NCBI GenBank assembly: GCA_963739455.1
Contig: CAVUAK010000003.1
Span: 256,001 to 320,000 of the forward strand
Length of the DNA stretch: 64,000 nt
Source: an uncultured Gemmatimonadales bacterium
GTDB taxonomy: Bacteria > Gemmatimonadota > Gemmatimonadetes > Gemmatimonadales > GWC2-71-9
Direction: 5' to 3'
Positions 1 through 9,299 of this stretch are shown here, one piece after another. A model generated the notes under the pieces. That model saw only the letters and a list, made by a program, of their open reading frames with translations, did no database searches and had not been told where the DNA came from. The position numbers were made by a program, and so were the translations under genes. Every line of letters starts with the position of its first letter. Position 1 is the first letter of the stretch.

Positions 1-1266
1 GGATTCGGCGGCGTGCGGGGCGCATGCGCCGCGGCAATGCGCTGGCCCAGGACTTCACCCAGGAGATCGCACTCAAGCAGGAAGAGGCGACCTTCCTTCC
101 CGCGACGATGCCGACCCGGTTCGGGGCGCTCGCCACGGCGGTGGGCACCACGTCGGGCCAGTCGCTGATGCCCGGCAACACCGTCGAGCCACTCATCGAT
201 GGTGACCAGGCGTATCCCGCCATGCTGGCTGCGATCGATGCCGCCACGACGACCATCGGCATGACGAGCTACATCTTCGACCACGACCGTGCCGGCCTGC
301 AGTTCGCCGACGCCCTGGCGCGCGCGGCGGCACGCGGTGTCGAGGTGCGGGTGCTGATCGACGGGGTGGGGGCGCGCTACAGCAAGCCGCCCATCACGGG
401 CGTCCTGACCGCGCGCGGCGTCCGGAATGCGCGCTTCCTGCCGCACATCTTTCCCCTCGCCAATCCGTACTTCAACCTGCGCAGCCACCGGAAGATCATG
501 GTGGTCGATGGCCGCATCGGGTTCGTCGGCGGGATGAACGTGCGCGAGGGGTGCGTGCTGGCGGTGCCGTCGAAGGAACCGACACAGGACATTCATGCGC
601 GGATCACCGGGCCCGGTGGTGCGCCAGTTCGTGGAGACCTTCGCCTTCGACTGGCACTTCACCACGAAGGAAGTGCTGGAGGGTCCGGCCTGGTACCCGC
701 CGCTCGAGGCGACGGGGCATGTGGTGGCCCGGGGCATTCCCGACGGGCCAGACGAGGACTTCGAGACGCTGCACGACACGATCCTGAGTGCGCTGTCCAT
801 TGCGCACCACACGGTGCAGATCGTCACGCCGTACTTCCTGCCGGATGAACCGCTGATCGACGCGCTCCGGGTCGCCGCGATGCGCGGGGTGCGGGTGGAC
901 CTCGTGCTGCCGGAGAAGAACAACCTGACCATCGTGACCTGGGCCGCCATCGCGCAGCTGTGGCATGTGCTGCGGTGGGGCGTGCGGGTCTACTTCTCGA
1001 AGCCCCCGTTCGACCACTCCAAGATCATGGTGGTCGACGGGACGTGGTCGATGATCGGCTCGGCCAACTGGGACCCGCGGAGCCTGCGACTCAACTTCGA
1101 GTACAATGTGGAGTGCTACGACGCGGCGCTGGCGCAGGAGCTGAGTGCGGTGGTGCAGCGCAAGATCGCGACGGGGAAGCCGTACACGCCGGCGGACTGG
1201 CAGCGGCAGAGACTCTTCCAGAAGCTGCGGGGCGGCGTGGTGAGGCTGGGGCAGCCGTATCTGTGA
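1..1266 (+). CDS. cls: Cardiolipin synthase / phospholipase D family (5' truncated, one apparent frameshift near 610)
   Basis: Two HKD motifs: SHRKIMVVDG in ORF 24-848 and DHSKIMVVDG...GSANWD in ORF 595-1266; also GNTVEPLIDGDQAYPAM and IVTPYFLPD. Confidence 0.9.
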
Positions 1267-1316
1267 CATGAAGACGTGAAGACGTGAGGTAACCAATTGC
1301 CTGGGAGTGAGGAAAC

Positions 1317-1592
1317 ATGACTGACGAGACGACACCACCGCCGGAATGGCGTGCGCGGATCGAGAAGATCTTCCAGGACCTGCAGCCCGAGATCGATGAG
1401 CTGAAGGTGAAGCTGCACCTGGCCAAGGCCGACGCGAAGGACGAGTGGGCGAAGTGGGAAGAGAAGCTCGCCGACTACAAGGTGAAGGCGGATCGCACGG
1501 GCGGCGAGGCCGGGGACATCCTGGAGGAGAAGGCGAAGGTGATCGCGGCGGAACTGCGGGACGGGATCGAGAAGCTCCGGAAGCTGGTCTAG
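1317..1592 (+). CDS. Small helical/coiled-coil hypothetical protein (91 aa)
   Basis: RBS GAGGAA before ATG; typical codon usage; amphipathic DELKVKLHLAKADAKDEW. Confidence 0.8.
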   Translation: MTDETTPPPEWRARIEKIFQDLQPEIDELKVKLHLAKADAKDEWAKWEEKLADYKVKADRTGGEAGDILEEKAKVIAAELRDGIEKLRKLV

Positions 1593-1744
1593 GGCTTCTT
1601 CTCCCGTCCCCGCTGCCGCACCGCCTCGCGGAGCAGGAACTCGATCTGCCCGTTCAGGCTCCGCAGTTCGTCGTCGGCCAGGCGCTGGACCGCGTCCAGG
1701 AGGTCGCGGTCCACGCGCAGCAGGAAGGGTTTACGCTCCGCCAC
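1589..1744 (-). CDS. Arc-like ribbon-helix-helix DNA-binding protein (51 aa, not in ORF track)
   Basis: Manual translation MAERKPFLLRVDRDLLDAVQRLADDELRSLNGQIEFLLREAV...; FLLR strand plus RSLNGQI helix; directly downstream of the SPFH gene. Confidence 0.85.
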   Translation of the reverse strand: MAERKPFLLRVDRDLLDAVQRLADDELRSLNGQIEFLLREAVRQRGREKKP

Positions 1745-1746
1745 GA

Positions 1747-2620
1747 CTAGGCGTACAGCGTGCCGGTGTTGAGCACCGGCTGGGCGGAGCGCTCGCCGCA
1801 GAGCACGACCAGCAGGTTGCTGACCATCGCGGCCTTCCGTTCCTCATCCAGCTGCACGACGCCCTTCTGCGACAGCAGTTCCAGCGCGTTCTCCACCATG
1901 CCGACCGCACCCTCGACGATCTTGTAGCGCGCGGCCACAATGGCGCTCGCCTGCTGGCGCTGGAGCATCGCCGAGGCGATCTCCGGTGCGTAGGCCAGGT
2001 GACTGATGCGTGACTCGGTGACCTCGACGCCCGCCTTGGCCAGGCGCTCGTGCAGCGCCTCGAGCAGGCCCTTCGATACCTCGGACGTGTGCGTGCTGAG
2101 CGCCACGGCGCTCAGCCTCGTGCGCATCGTAGGGATAGCTCGAGGCCAGGGCACGCAGCGCCGACTCACTCTGCATCCGGACGTATTCCTCGTAGTTGTC
2201 CACCTCGAACATCGCCTCGGCGGTCTCGACCACCTTCCACACCACGATCGCGGCGATCTCGATCGGGTTGGAATGCGCGTCGTTCACCTTGAGCTTGGCG
2301 GTCTCGAAGTTCCGGACTCGCAGCGAGATGTGGCGTCTTCACCGCGAAGGGGTTGGCGAACCAGAAGCCGGCCTCCTTCACGGTGCCGATGTACTTACCG
2401 AAGAGAGTCAGCACCCGGGCGTCGTTCGGGTTGACCACGAACAGGCCCGGCAGGCAGACGAAGGCCAGCGCCAGGAGCACGATCCAGGCTATTGCCCGCC
2501 GCGGAGCGCGCGTCCTGCACCGCTCCCAGCAGCCTCAAGCCGGCGAGGGCGGCCACGCACCAGAATGACCAGGAGGGCGACGAAGCCATTGGCGGCGCGG
2601 AGGGGGCGTTCACGGACCAT
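1747..2620 (-). CDS. SPFH (band 7) domain membrane protein, several apparent frameshifts
   Basis: Fragments [68 protein letters not shown] before ATG 2620. Confidence 0.9.
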
Positions 2621-2630
2621 CGTAGACTCC

Positions 2631-2676
2631 AGCTAGGGTGATACCTATATGATATCACTCTGCTAGCTTAAGTCAA
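2631..2676 (-). promoter_or_regulatory. Sigma70-like promoter overlapped by a palindromic operator
   Basis: Minus strand TTGACT-N16-TATCAT; inverted repeat AGCTAG.GTGATA...TATCAC...CTAGCT at 2631-2668. Confidence 0.65.
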
Positions 2677-2685
2677 GGAGGGCTC

Positions 2686-2790
2686 AGGAGCGGAGAAAAA
2701 GCGAAGAGCGGAGAAACAGAGCGGCAGCCCCGCCGCTGGTTCCTCCGCTCCTGTTTCCATCCGCTTCTGGTTCCGCTTCTGGTTGTTCCG
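2686..2790. repeat. Imperfect inverted repeat built from short GCGGAG/CTCCGC units
   Basis: GAGCGGAGAAA x2 on the left and TCCGCTTCTGGT x2 on the right; lies just past the 3' end of the pilin cluster. Confidence 0.55.
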
Positions 2791-2797
2791 CGGTTGC

Positions 2798-3778
2798 CTA
2801 CTGGTTCCGCTCGTACGCCAGGTTGCGGGGCGAGTAGCGCCACTCGAAGGTCCGCTGTGCCGCCGTGCCTGTGTTGCGGTCGCGACGTACGTTCTTGAGC
2901 GTCGCAGTGATCTTGACGCTCGCGAGGTCGCCGTAGTCGTTGGTCAGGTCGCCGTCGGTCGGGTCCGCCATCTTGGCGGAGTCACCGTCGGAAAAGAACA
3001 GCCAGACATCCCACGCCATGACGCTGTCGGCGAGGGCCTCGGCGATCGGCGCACCACCTGCGGTCAGGCCGGTGCTGCGCATGATCTGCTTCTGTGCGTT
3101 CCGGTAGTACATCACCGGGGTGATCTTCTGGAACGAGGTCTCGGCCGGCCGCAGCTGGAGGTTCAGCGCACTGGCGGGATCGCGCGCCCAGTCGGCCGGG
3201 TGCAGGAACAGCGTATCGCCCGCGGAGAAGGTGATCTGGTAGCGACCGCCGCCCATGTTCCGCTTGGCCGTGACGTTGAGCAACCGGCGCTCGCTGTCCA
3301 CGTTCATCTGGATCATGTTGCCGACGCCGAACTGCAGCGTATCTGTCGGCATCGCCGCAGCCACCTGGACGTCAACGCAATAGGTGCCGCAGCTCCCGAG
3401 GCCGGGCGTGGCCGGCGTGGCGGTGCCCGTGGGCATGCTGTACACCGGCGCCAGGCCCAGCCCGGCCGGGAACGGTGGCGACTGCAGCGAATCGTAGGGG
3501 ACGCTGATGATCACGAGCGTATCGCCCTTGGCCAGCAGGGTGCCGAATCGCGGCTGGCTGTGGATCGCCACGCCCGCCTGCGCCACGTCGCGCTCGAGCG
3601 ACGCACCGAGGAACCGACCGGTGCGAAAGACATCCTCGCGCAGGTTGGTGCCCTCGACACCGCGGAAGGTCGTGATGGTGAACGACATTGCCGCGCCCAT
3701 GACGATCACGCCCACCACCATCGCGATCATGATCTCGATCAGGGTCATGCCCCGACGACCAAGCGTGGAGAGTGTCAT
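2798..3778 (-). CDS. Type IV minor pilin, PilW-like (326 aa)
   Basis: Class III signal RRG|MTLIEIMIAMVV; LERDVAQAG; CxxxC in the globular domain. Confidence 0.85.
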   Translation of the reverse strand: MTLSTLGRRGMTLIEIMIAMVVGVIVMGAAMSFTITTFRGVEGTNLREDVFRTGRFLGASLERDVAQAGVAIHSQPRFGTLLAKGDTLVIISVPYDSLQSPPFPAGLGLAPVYSMPTGTATPATPGLGSCGTYCVDVQVAAAMPTDTLQFGVGNMIQMNVDSERRLLNVTAKRNMGGGRYQITFSAGDTLFLHPADWARDPASALNLQLRPAETSFQKITPVMYYRNAQKQIMRSTGLTAGGAPIAEALADSVMAWDVWLFFSDGDSAKMADPTDGDLTNDYGDLASVKITATLKNVRRDRNTGTAAQRTFEWRYSPRNLAYERNQ

Positions 3779-3780
3779 GA

Positions 3781-4173
3781 TCAGGTCACCGCGCCGGTGT
3801 ACACGTAGGTGATGAGCTCGACCGGGGAAGTCCCGTCGGGATACGCGACACGCACCGTCACGCTCACCAGGTTCGCCCGCACGTCAGTGACGAGGACGGT
3901 GCGGCGGTACTTCCCGCCATTGACGACCGTGCCCGTTTCATTCACGTCCGTGCCGCTCGCCTCGGCGAAATCGGCCATGTCCTGCGGCCGCTGGCCGCGG
4001 AGGAACTCCATCCGCTGCCGCGCGATGTCGAGCGCGACGGTCCGCAGCCCCGCGCGCGTGTTTGCCTGCATGGCACCGGTCAAGGTCTTCGACAGTGCCA
4101 GGACGCCGACCGCCATGATCACGACTGCGATCATTACCGAGATCAGCGTGAAGCCGCGCTTGTTCATTGCCAT
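3781..4173 (-). CDS. Type IV minor pilin, PilV-like
   Basis: KRG|FTLISVMIAVVIM (Ser in place of Glu5); ARQRMEFLR. Confidence 0.85.
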   Translation of the reverse strand: MAMNKRGFTLISVMIAVVIMAVGVLALSKTLTGAMQANTRAGLRTVALDIARQRMEFLRGQRPQDMADFAEASGTDVNETGTVVNGGKYRRTVLVTDVRANLVSVTVRVAYPDGTSPVELITYVYTGAVT

Positions 4174-4737
4174 GTGCCCCCCCTGTAGATCCACACCCGC
4201 ACCGAACCGGCGCCGGTGACCGTGACGGCGGCAACCACCGACGGATCGTCGCGGTGCCTGAGGTAGATGATGCCCTGCGTGCCAAAGGGCAGCGTCATGC
4301 CGTTGCCCTTGAAGTTGAGGCGGCTGCCGGTGAACGAGGTCGGGTCGCCAGCCGGCCAGCCGGCCAGGGCGGTGGCCGACCCACGTCCGAGCAGCACCTG
4401 CGGGTCCAGCGTACGCTGGCCGAAGCCGCGCATCGAATCCGCCTCGGCGGTGAGCTCACTGATTACGCGCGTCGCCCTCGACGTCGCGATAGCCGATCCA
4501 CGCCGACGTGCCGACGAGCTTGAGCCGCGTCGCGCGCTTGCTGACCAGGGCGCGCGAACGCACCAGGTCGATGTCACGTGCCAGCTGCCTCGCCGACTCC
4601 TGCACCATCCGTCGCGGAGATGCCCGGAGGCGTGGAACCACCATTGCCGCCATGATGCCGATCATCACGATGACGATGAGCAACTCCATCATCGTCATGC
4701 CGCGCCGGTTTACCCGGCCCCACAGCGCGGCGATCAC
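4164..4737 (-). CDS. Type IV minor pilin, FimT/GspH-like (one apparent frameshift near 4465)
   Basis: RRG|MTMMELLIVIVMIGIMAAMVVP, then FKGNG...AVTVTGAGSVRVW in another frame. Confidence 0.85.
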
Positions 4738-6602
4738 TCGTACACCGGGCGATACGCCGTCTGCACCACGCTGCCGACCACCGGGGTGCCCGGGGGAAGG
4801 TTGGCGGGGTCCTGGAACCGGGTGTCGAAGGCCCAGTTTCGGGTGGGCGCCGCGTAGTACGCGCCGGACCAGCCGCAGAAGTTTGTTGCCTTCTGGGCGT
4901 ACGCGATCGACACCAGCGAGCCGCGGTAGAACGCGGTGACGCCGCCCCAGTCCTCGAGGAACCGGGGGAAGTTCTCGAGCCCGCCGCCGTAGAAGTAGGC
5001 CTGCGAGCCGGTGCCGGTGAAGTTGCAGCCGGCCGGCACCGCTCCAGGAGCGACCCAGTCGAATGGCGTCGCGCCGTGGCCCGCCAGGATTGCGGCGTAG
5101 ATCGTGGTGTTCGCCGTTGCCGCTGACGCCGCGTACGTCCAGCGCGTCACGCCGCCGGTCACCGTACCGGCGCCGGCCGGGCGGTTGAGCCGCGTGGCAT
5201 CATCCCAGCCTGGCGAGAGCCAGGTGAAGGCATCTCCGATGAGCGCGGAGGGCTGCCAGTTGGCGGTCGAGTTGTAGTTGCCCTTCACGTAGAGCGGCAG
5301 GTTGCTGGCCAGCGTGAAGGGACGCCCCAGGACGCTGGCGTTCTTGATGCGGATCATGGGAAACGCCCGGAACTGGCAGGCGGTCGGGCAGCGCGTCCCG
5401 TTCGGGTAGGTCTCCAGCGTCGTTGGAACGTTGCTCACGGTGATGTACATGATGGACGACTGGTTCGACGTGGCAAGCGCCATCCACGCGAACAGCTGCG
5501 CATAGTCGATCTCGATCTGGTCGACGAACGTCTGCTCCCGGCTCTCCCACCACTTGTTGCTGTCCGCGGTGAAGATCAGCTGGCACTGTGCTGCGGTCGG
5601 CACCGTGCGCCCGCCCGTGCGGATATACGTGATCGGATAGGCGCCCGTGCACAGGTTGGTGGTGTTGGTGATCGCCCGGTAGTCGATGTTGACGTACAAG
5701 TCGGCCTTCCACGCGAACTTGGCGTCACGCTCGTCGGGCGTGTCCGCCCCGTCGCGGTCGGCGATCAGTTCTTCGGGCGGCACCGCTTCCGGCAAGGGCA
5801 GCCGAAGCGAGTCCACGTTATACGCCCCGGTCTTGAGCCGTCCGCTGAAGCGGGTCTCGCTCCAGTTCTTGAAGGCCGACGAGGAGGGCAGGCCGTCGGA
5901 GTCGTTGTTGACCTGGCGGGCCGTGCCGCCGGCATCGTCGATGAACACCTGGTCGGTGCTCGCTGGATTCGCTCCATCCTTGCGGCGGAAACGGAACTTG
6001 TTCGGCGTCGTGACGATGTTGTGCAGGTAGAGCCCACCACCCGATCGGGCGTACAGGTTGCCGTTGGTGTGCACCCAGCCCTGCATGTCGAGCCGCGCGC
6101 CGTTCGTGATCTCGAGGTCCTTCTCGTAGAACACGCCGAACTGGAAGATCGGGATCGCCGCCGCCTTCACCGTCACGACGGCGCGGCTCGCGTTGCCCAT
6201 GCTGTCGGAAGCGCGGGTGGTGATGTCGTAGTTGCGTACCAGCGCGTACAGCCCGGAATACGAACCGCCGTTCACCGTCTCCTGCGTGGCCCCGCCGTTG
6301 GGAAGCACTGTCATGGTCGGGATGGAGAATCCCGGCACTGTCGGCCGCACCAGCGAGTCGAGCTCGGCCTGCGAGATGAACCCGTCGGCCACCTTGCCCG
6401 AGAGCTGCTGCATGATGTCGTCGGACGCGGCCTCGGCCGCGTACGCCGTGCGAGTATTTCGATAGTCGTAGTTGGCCGTTCGGGTCGTCGTGGTCACGCC
6501 GCTGACGGCGAACACACAGAGGACCGCGAGCAGCAGCAGGACGAACAGCGTCGCTTCGAGCGCGAAGCCCTGCCGATTGAAAAGCATCTTGGGTCGAGAC
6601 AT
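4734..6602 (-). CDS. Giant PilX/GspK-like pilin (about 620 aa), putative tip subunit or adhesin
   Basis: RBS GAGGAGG before ATG 6602; RQG|FALEATLFVLLLL (no Glu5); AYAAEA PilX-type helix; GWVHTNGNLY; C-terminal GGLENFPRFLEDW...YYAAPTRNWAFD. Confidence 0.85.
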   Translation of the reverse strand: MSRPKMLFNRQGFALEATLFVLLLLAVLCVFAVSGVTTTTRTANYDYRNTRTAYAAEAASDDIMQQLSGKVADGFISQAELDSLVRPTVPGFSIPTMTVLPNGGATQETVNGGSYSGLYALVRNYDITTRASDSMGNASRAVVTVKAAAIPIFQFGVFYEKDLEITNGARLDMQGWVHTNGNLYARSGGGLYLHNIVTTPNKFRFRRKDGANPASTDQVFIDDAGGTARQVNNDSDGLPSSSAFKNWSETRFSGRLKTGAYNVDSLRLPLPEAVPPEELIADRDGADTPDERDAKFAWKADLYVNIDYRAITNTTNLCTGAYPITYIRTGGRTVPTAAQCQLIFTADSNKWWESREQTFVDQIEIDYAQLFAWMALATSNQSSIMYITVSNVPTTLETYPNGTRCPTACQFRAFPMIRIKNASVLGRPFTLASNLPLYVKGNYNSTANWQPSALIGDAFTWLSPGWDDATRLNRPAGAGTVTGGVTRWTYAASAATANTTIYAAILAGHGATPFDWVAPGAVPAGCNFTGTGSQAYFYGGGLENFPRFLEDWGGVTAFYRGSLVSIAYAQKATNFCGWSGAYYAAPTRNWAFDTRFQDPANLPPGTPVVGSVVQTAYRPVYE

Positions 6603-6654
6603 CCGTTCCTCCTCGGGATAGCACGCCGAGCGCGTGCCTTCAGGCTCCTTACTG

Positions 6655-6773
6655 GCAAGAGGGGCGCCAGCCATGTTGGGTGTGGGTTTGGCTATGAATG
6701 ACAACGACTTAGCTATTTCAGCTCACGTCCGAAAGTGGCAAATCGTGCAACATTGCGCGTGCAGTGTATGCAA
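6655..6773 (-). promoter_or_regulatory. Sigma54 promoter with IHF-like site and candidate enhancer
   Basis: Minus strand TGGC-GCCCCTC-TTGC at 6669-6655; TAA-GTCG-TTGTCA at 6711-6699; TGCA-rich palindromes at 6745-6773. Confidence 0.7.
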
Positions 6774-7037
6774 TCTGTTGCGTCAGGCGGTTATCCGACG
6801 CCTGGTTTCCCTGTCCAGCTTGCCTCGCAACTTCCACCACATCATTGCGATAGGCATACCACGCGCCATAGCTCTTCTTAGCAGGTGGAGCCCGTCAGTT
6901 TTCGTGACGACGTACGCTAGTGGCGTGTCTGACACGACTTGGGCCATGAGTGCCTGATTTCGGTGCCTTGCTGGCCTGTCGATTGCCTTTTCGGCCCCCC
7001 TCAGACCGCGCCAGTGGCGCTGAACCGGGGAGGTCGG

Positions 7038-7682
7038 ATGCGTTGGTCTACCAGTGGTTTTGCCCTGTTCGCCGCGCTGGCGATTCCGGCATCGATGACG
7101 GCGCAGGCAGCCGCAAAGGCGCCGGCCGAGGCGCCGCCGATCACCGCGAAGGCGCCCAAGCTCTTTGCCGGGGTCGGCATCGGGCAGGGTTCGTTCCGGT
7201 TCTCCTGCCCGGCGATCTGCACCGGCGATCGCTACTGGGGATGGAGTGGCAACGCCCGGGTGGGTGTCTCCTTTGGCAAGCTGTGGTTGATGGGACTCGA
7301 GGGAACGGGCTGGACCGATTCGCGGGATCCGGAGAACCAGCAGCCGATCAAGCAGACAATGTGGCTGGTGGGTCCGGTTGCCTACTTCTATCCCACGCCG
7401 AAGCAGCGGTTGTACCTCAAGCTCAGCCTCGGTGTGATGCACTACCAGCAGCACAATCCCGATGACGCCGACAACGAGAACGACCAGTTCTCATCTACCA
7501 CGTTCGGCGCCTCAGCCGGCGTGGGCTATGACTTCAAGGTTTCCCGGCACGTGTTCATCTCGCCGTTCTTCGCCTTCGTCGGCTCCGCCGGCGGCGACGT
7601 GACCCAGGGCAACGGCAACACCGTCACCACCGATCCCAATTTCAGCCTGCTTCAGTTCGGGGTGAGCCTGCTGTACCGGTAG
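7038..7682 (+). CDS. Outer-membrane beta-barrel protein
   Basis: Signal peptide, alternating amphipathic strands, GVGYDF, aromatic-containing C-terminal strand; RBS GGAGG. Confidence 0.75.
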   Translation: MRWSTSGFALFAALAIPASMTAQAAAKAPAEAPPITAKAPKLFAGVGIGQGSFRFSCPAICTGDRYWGWSGNARVGVSFGKLWLMGLEGTGWTDSRDPENQQPIKQTMWLVGPVAYFYPTPKQRLYLKLSLGVMHYQQHNPDDADNENDQFSSTTFGASAGVGYDFKVSRHVFISPFFAFVGSAGGDVTQGNGNTVTTDPNFSLLQFGVSLLYR

Positions 7683-7908
7683 TCAAGCGTTCTGCCAGCA
7701 CCTGCCGTTCCTGCAATGCAGCGTGCTGCATGGAGTTGCCCCGGCGCGATGTGACCTGCGTCGCACAGGGCGTCCGCGGGGTTGGCAGGGCGGCACTTAG
7801 GGCAGGTGCAAGAGGTGTGATTCCGCGCGTGCCTTCGCGGCCCCGGTCTCGCACCTCGACTCCAATCGAACTTTCCTGACATCACGGTTTTTCTGCAGGA
7901 GTAGACCG

Positions 7909-9171
7909 ATGCGCATGCACCTTTCTGCGCTCACGGCGGCGCGTTCCATTGCGGTAGCCTGGGCCACCAGCTCGACAATCGTGCTCGCTGCCTGCGGCAG
8001 CGGCGAAACCAGCGGCATCGACCCCGCGAACGCACCGCGCAGCATTGCGATGAATGCGTGGACCCCGGGACCGAATGACACCTGCACGAAGGAGATTCAC
8101 GACCAGTACTCGGTCGTGGGTCCCGACGGGAAGCTGTATCCCACCTGGCACCCGGCGGTGGACCCGGCGACCGGCTGTTCCTTCGGTCACGACCACGGCC
8201 GGGATCCCCGTGGATCGGACCTGTACGACGAGAGCGGGCCGATTCCGTTCGGGTACGCCAACGAGCAGCTGGCCGCCTTCGACCCCGCCAACCCGCGCAA
8301 CGAGGATCATGTCGGGCACAAGGTCGAATGGGCAAACGACATCGTGATGAGTGCCGGTGGCGGGCAGTTCCAGATCACCTGTGATGTGCTCACCAAGCTG
8401 CACCAGGGCACGCACTCGAAGGATGCGTTCACCAACAACCTGCATGAGCTGGTGTACCACCTGAGCTGCGGTGATGGCACCAAGTTCCATGTGGTGCTGA
8501 TGACGGCCATCGGCAAGCCGGGTGAGTTCCGTCGCTCCTGCGACCATGGCACGGCGATCCAGGCGGGAACGGCCACGCCGGCCAACTCGCCCGAGGGCGG
8601 TGGCTTCCGCGCCATTCCGGACCGCTTCTGTGTCGAGCAGCAGGTGCTCGTTCCCAACGGCCAGAACTCGAACTTCGGCGCGCTGAACGAGACCTGGGAA
8701 ACGTCCAACAGCATCCGTCGCGCGGATGGCCATACGCTGGCGTTCTTCAACCCGTACTACCAGGTGCGCCAGGCGAGCCGCTACTACAATCCGGCGATCG
8801 CGCCCACGGTTGGGCGGCAGATCGACATCTGCTACGAGACGGAGGCGAACGGCGATCGCGCATCAGGCGACTACTGCCAGGCCTCCACGCAGAATGGCCA
8901 GACCACGGGCGTGACATGGGATGACCCGCGCTCCACGTTCGACGGCGCCAAGCGCATTGTCGACGTCAATAACAACCGGATCGACAACGCCGACGGCCCG
9001 GAGGTCTGGTACACCGACCCGTTCGGGCGAAACGGCCGGCCGGAGCCGTTCACCGGCTCAGTGAAGCAGTGGGTCGCGAAGGCGACGAACGAGGTGGGCG
9101 TCGACGTGAACGGCCCGGTCATCGGCAACGGCAGCTATTACGGCGGCAGCGGGGTCCACGCCCCGAACTGA
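7909..9171 (+). CDS. His/Cys-rich lipoprotein of unknown function (420 aa)
   Basis: Intact ORF, RBS AGGAG, lipobox LAA|CGSG; motifs WHP..C.FGHDHG.DP, EDHVGHK, LHQGTHS..NNLHE. Confidence 0.8.
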   Translation: MRMHLSALTAARSIAVAWATSSTIVLAACGSGETSGIDPANAPRSIAMNAWTPGPNDTCTKEIHDQYSVVGPDGKLYPTWHPAVDPATGCSFGHDHGRDPRGSDLYDESGPIPFGYANEQLAAFDPANPRNEDHVGHKVEWANDIVMSAGGGQFQITCDVLTKLHQGTHSKDAFTNNLHELVYHLSCGDGTKFHVVLMTAIGKPGEFRRSCDHGTAIQAGTATPANSPEGGGFRAIPDRFCVEQQVLVPNGQNSNFGALNETWETSNSIRRADGHTLAFFNPYYQVRQASRYYNPAIAPTVGRQIDICYETEANGDRASGDYCQASTQNGQTTGVTWDDPRSTFDGAKRIVDVNNNRIDNADGPEVWYTDPFGRNGRPEPFTGSVKQWVAKATNEVGVDVNGPVIGNGSYYGGSGVHAPN

Positions 9172-9182
9172 CCACGAAGTGG

Positions 9183-9260
9183 GTCATCCCGAGCGCAGCG
9201 AGGGATCCAGGCGCAGGCGGGCGGAGGGGGGCGGACAGCCTCCCTCCGCCCGTCTGCGTC
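9183..9260. repeat. REP-like palindrome followed by a GC-rich hairpin (probable terminator)
   Basis: GTCATCCCGAGCGCAGCGAGGGATC at 9183-9207; stem GGCGCAGGCGGGCGGAGGG/CCCTCCGCCCGTCTGCGTC at about 9210-9260. Confidence 0.6.
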
Positions 9261-9299
9261 TCTGGAACTGGTCTTGCTCCGGGGTATCTTCCAAGCTCC

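Noticed and set aside
6720..6790. c-di-GMP-I riboswitch suggested by GAAA/GGCAAA words
   Set aside because: Element order and stems do not fit, and the strand is wrong for the pilin genes
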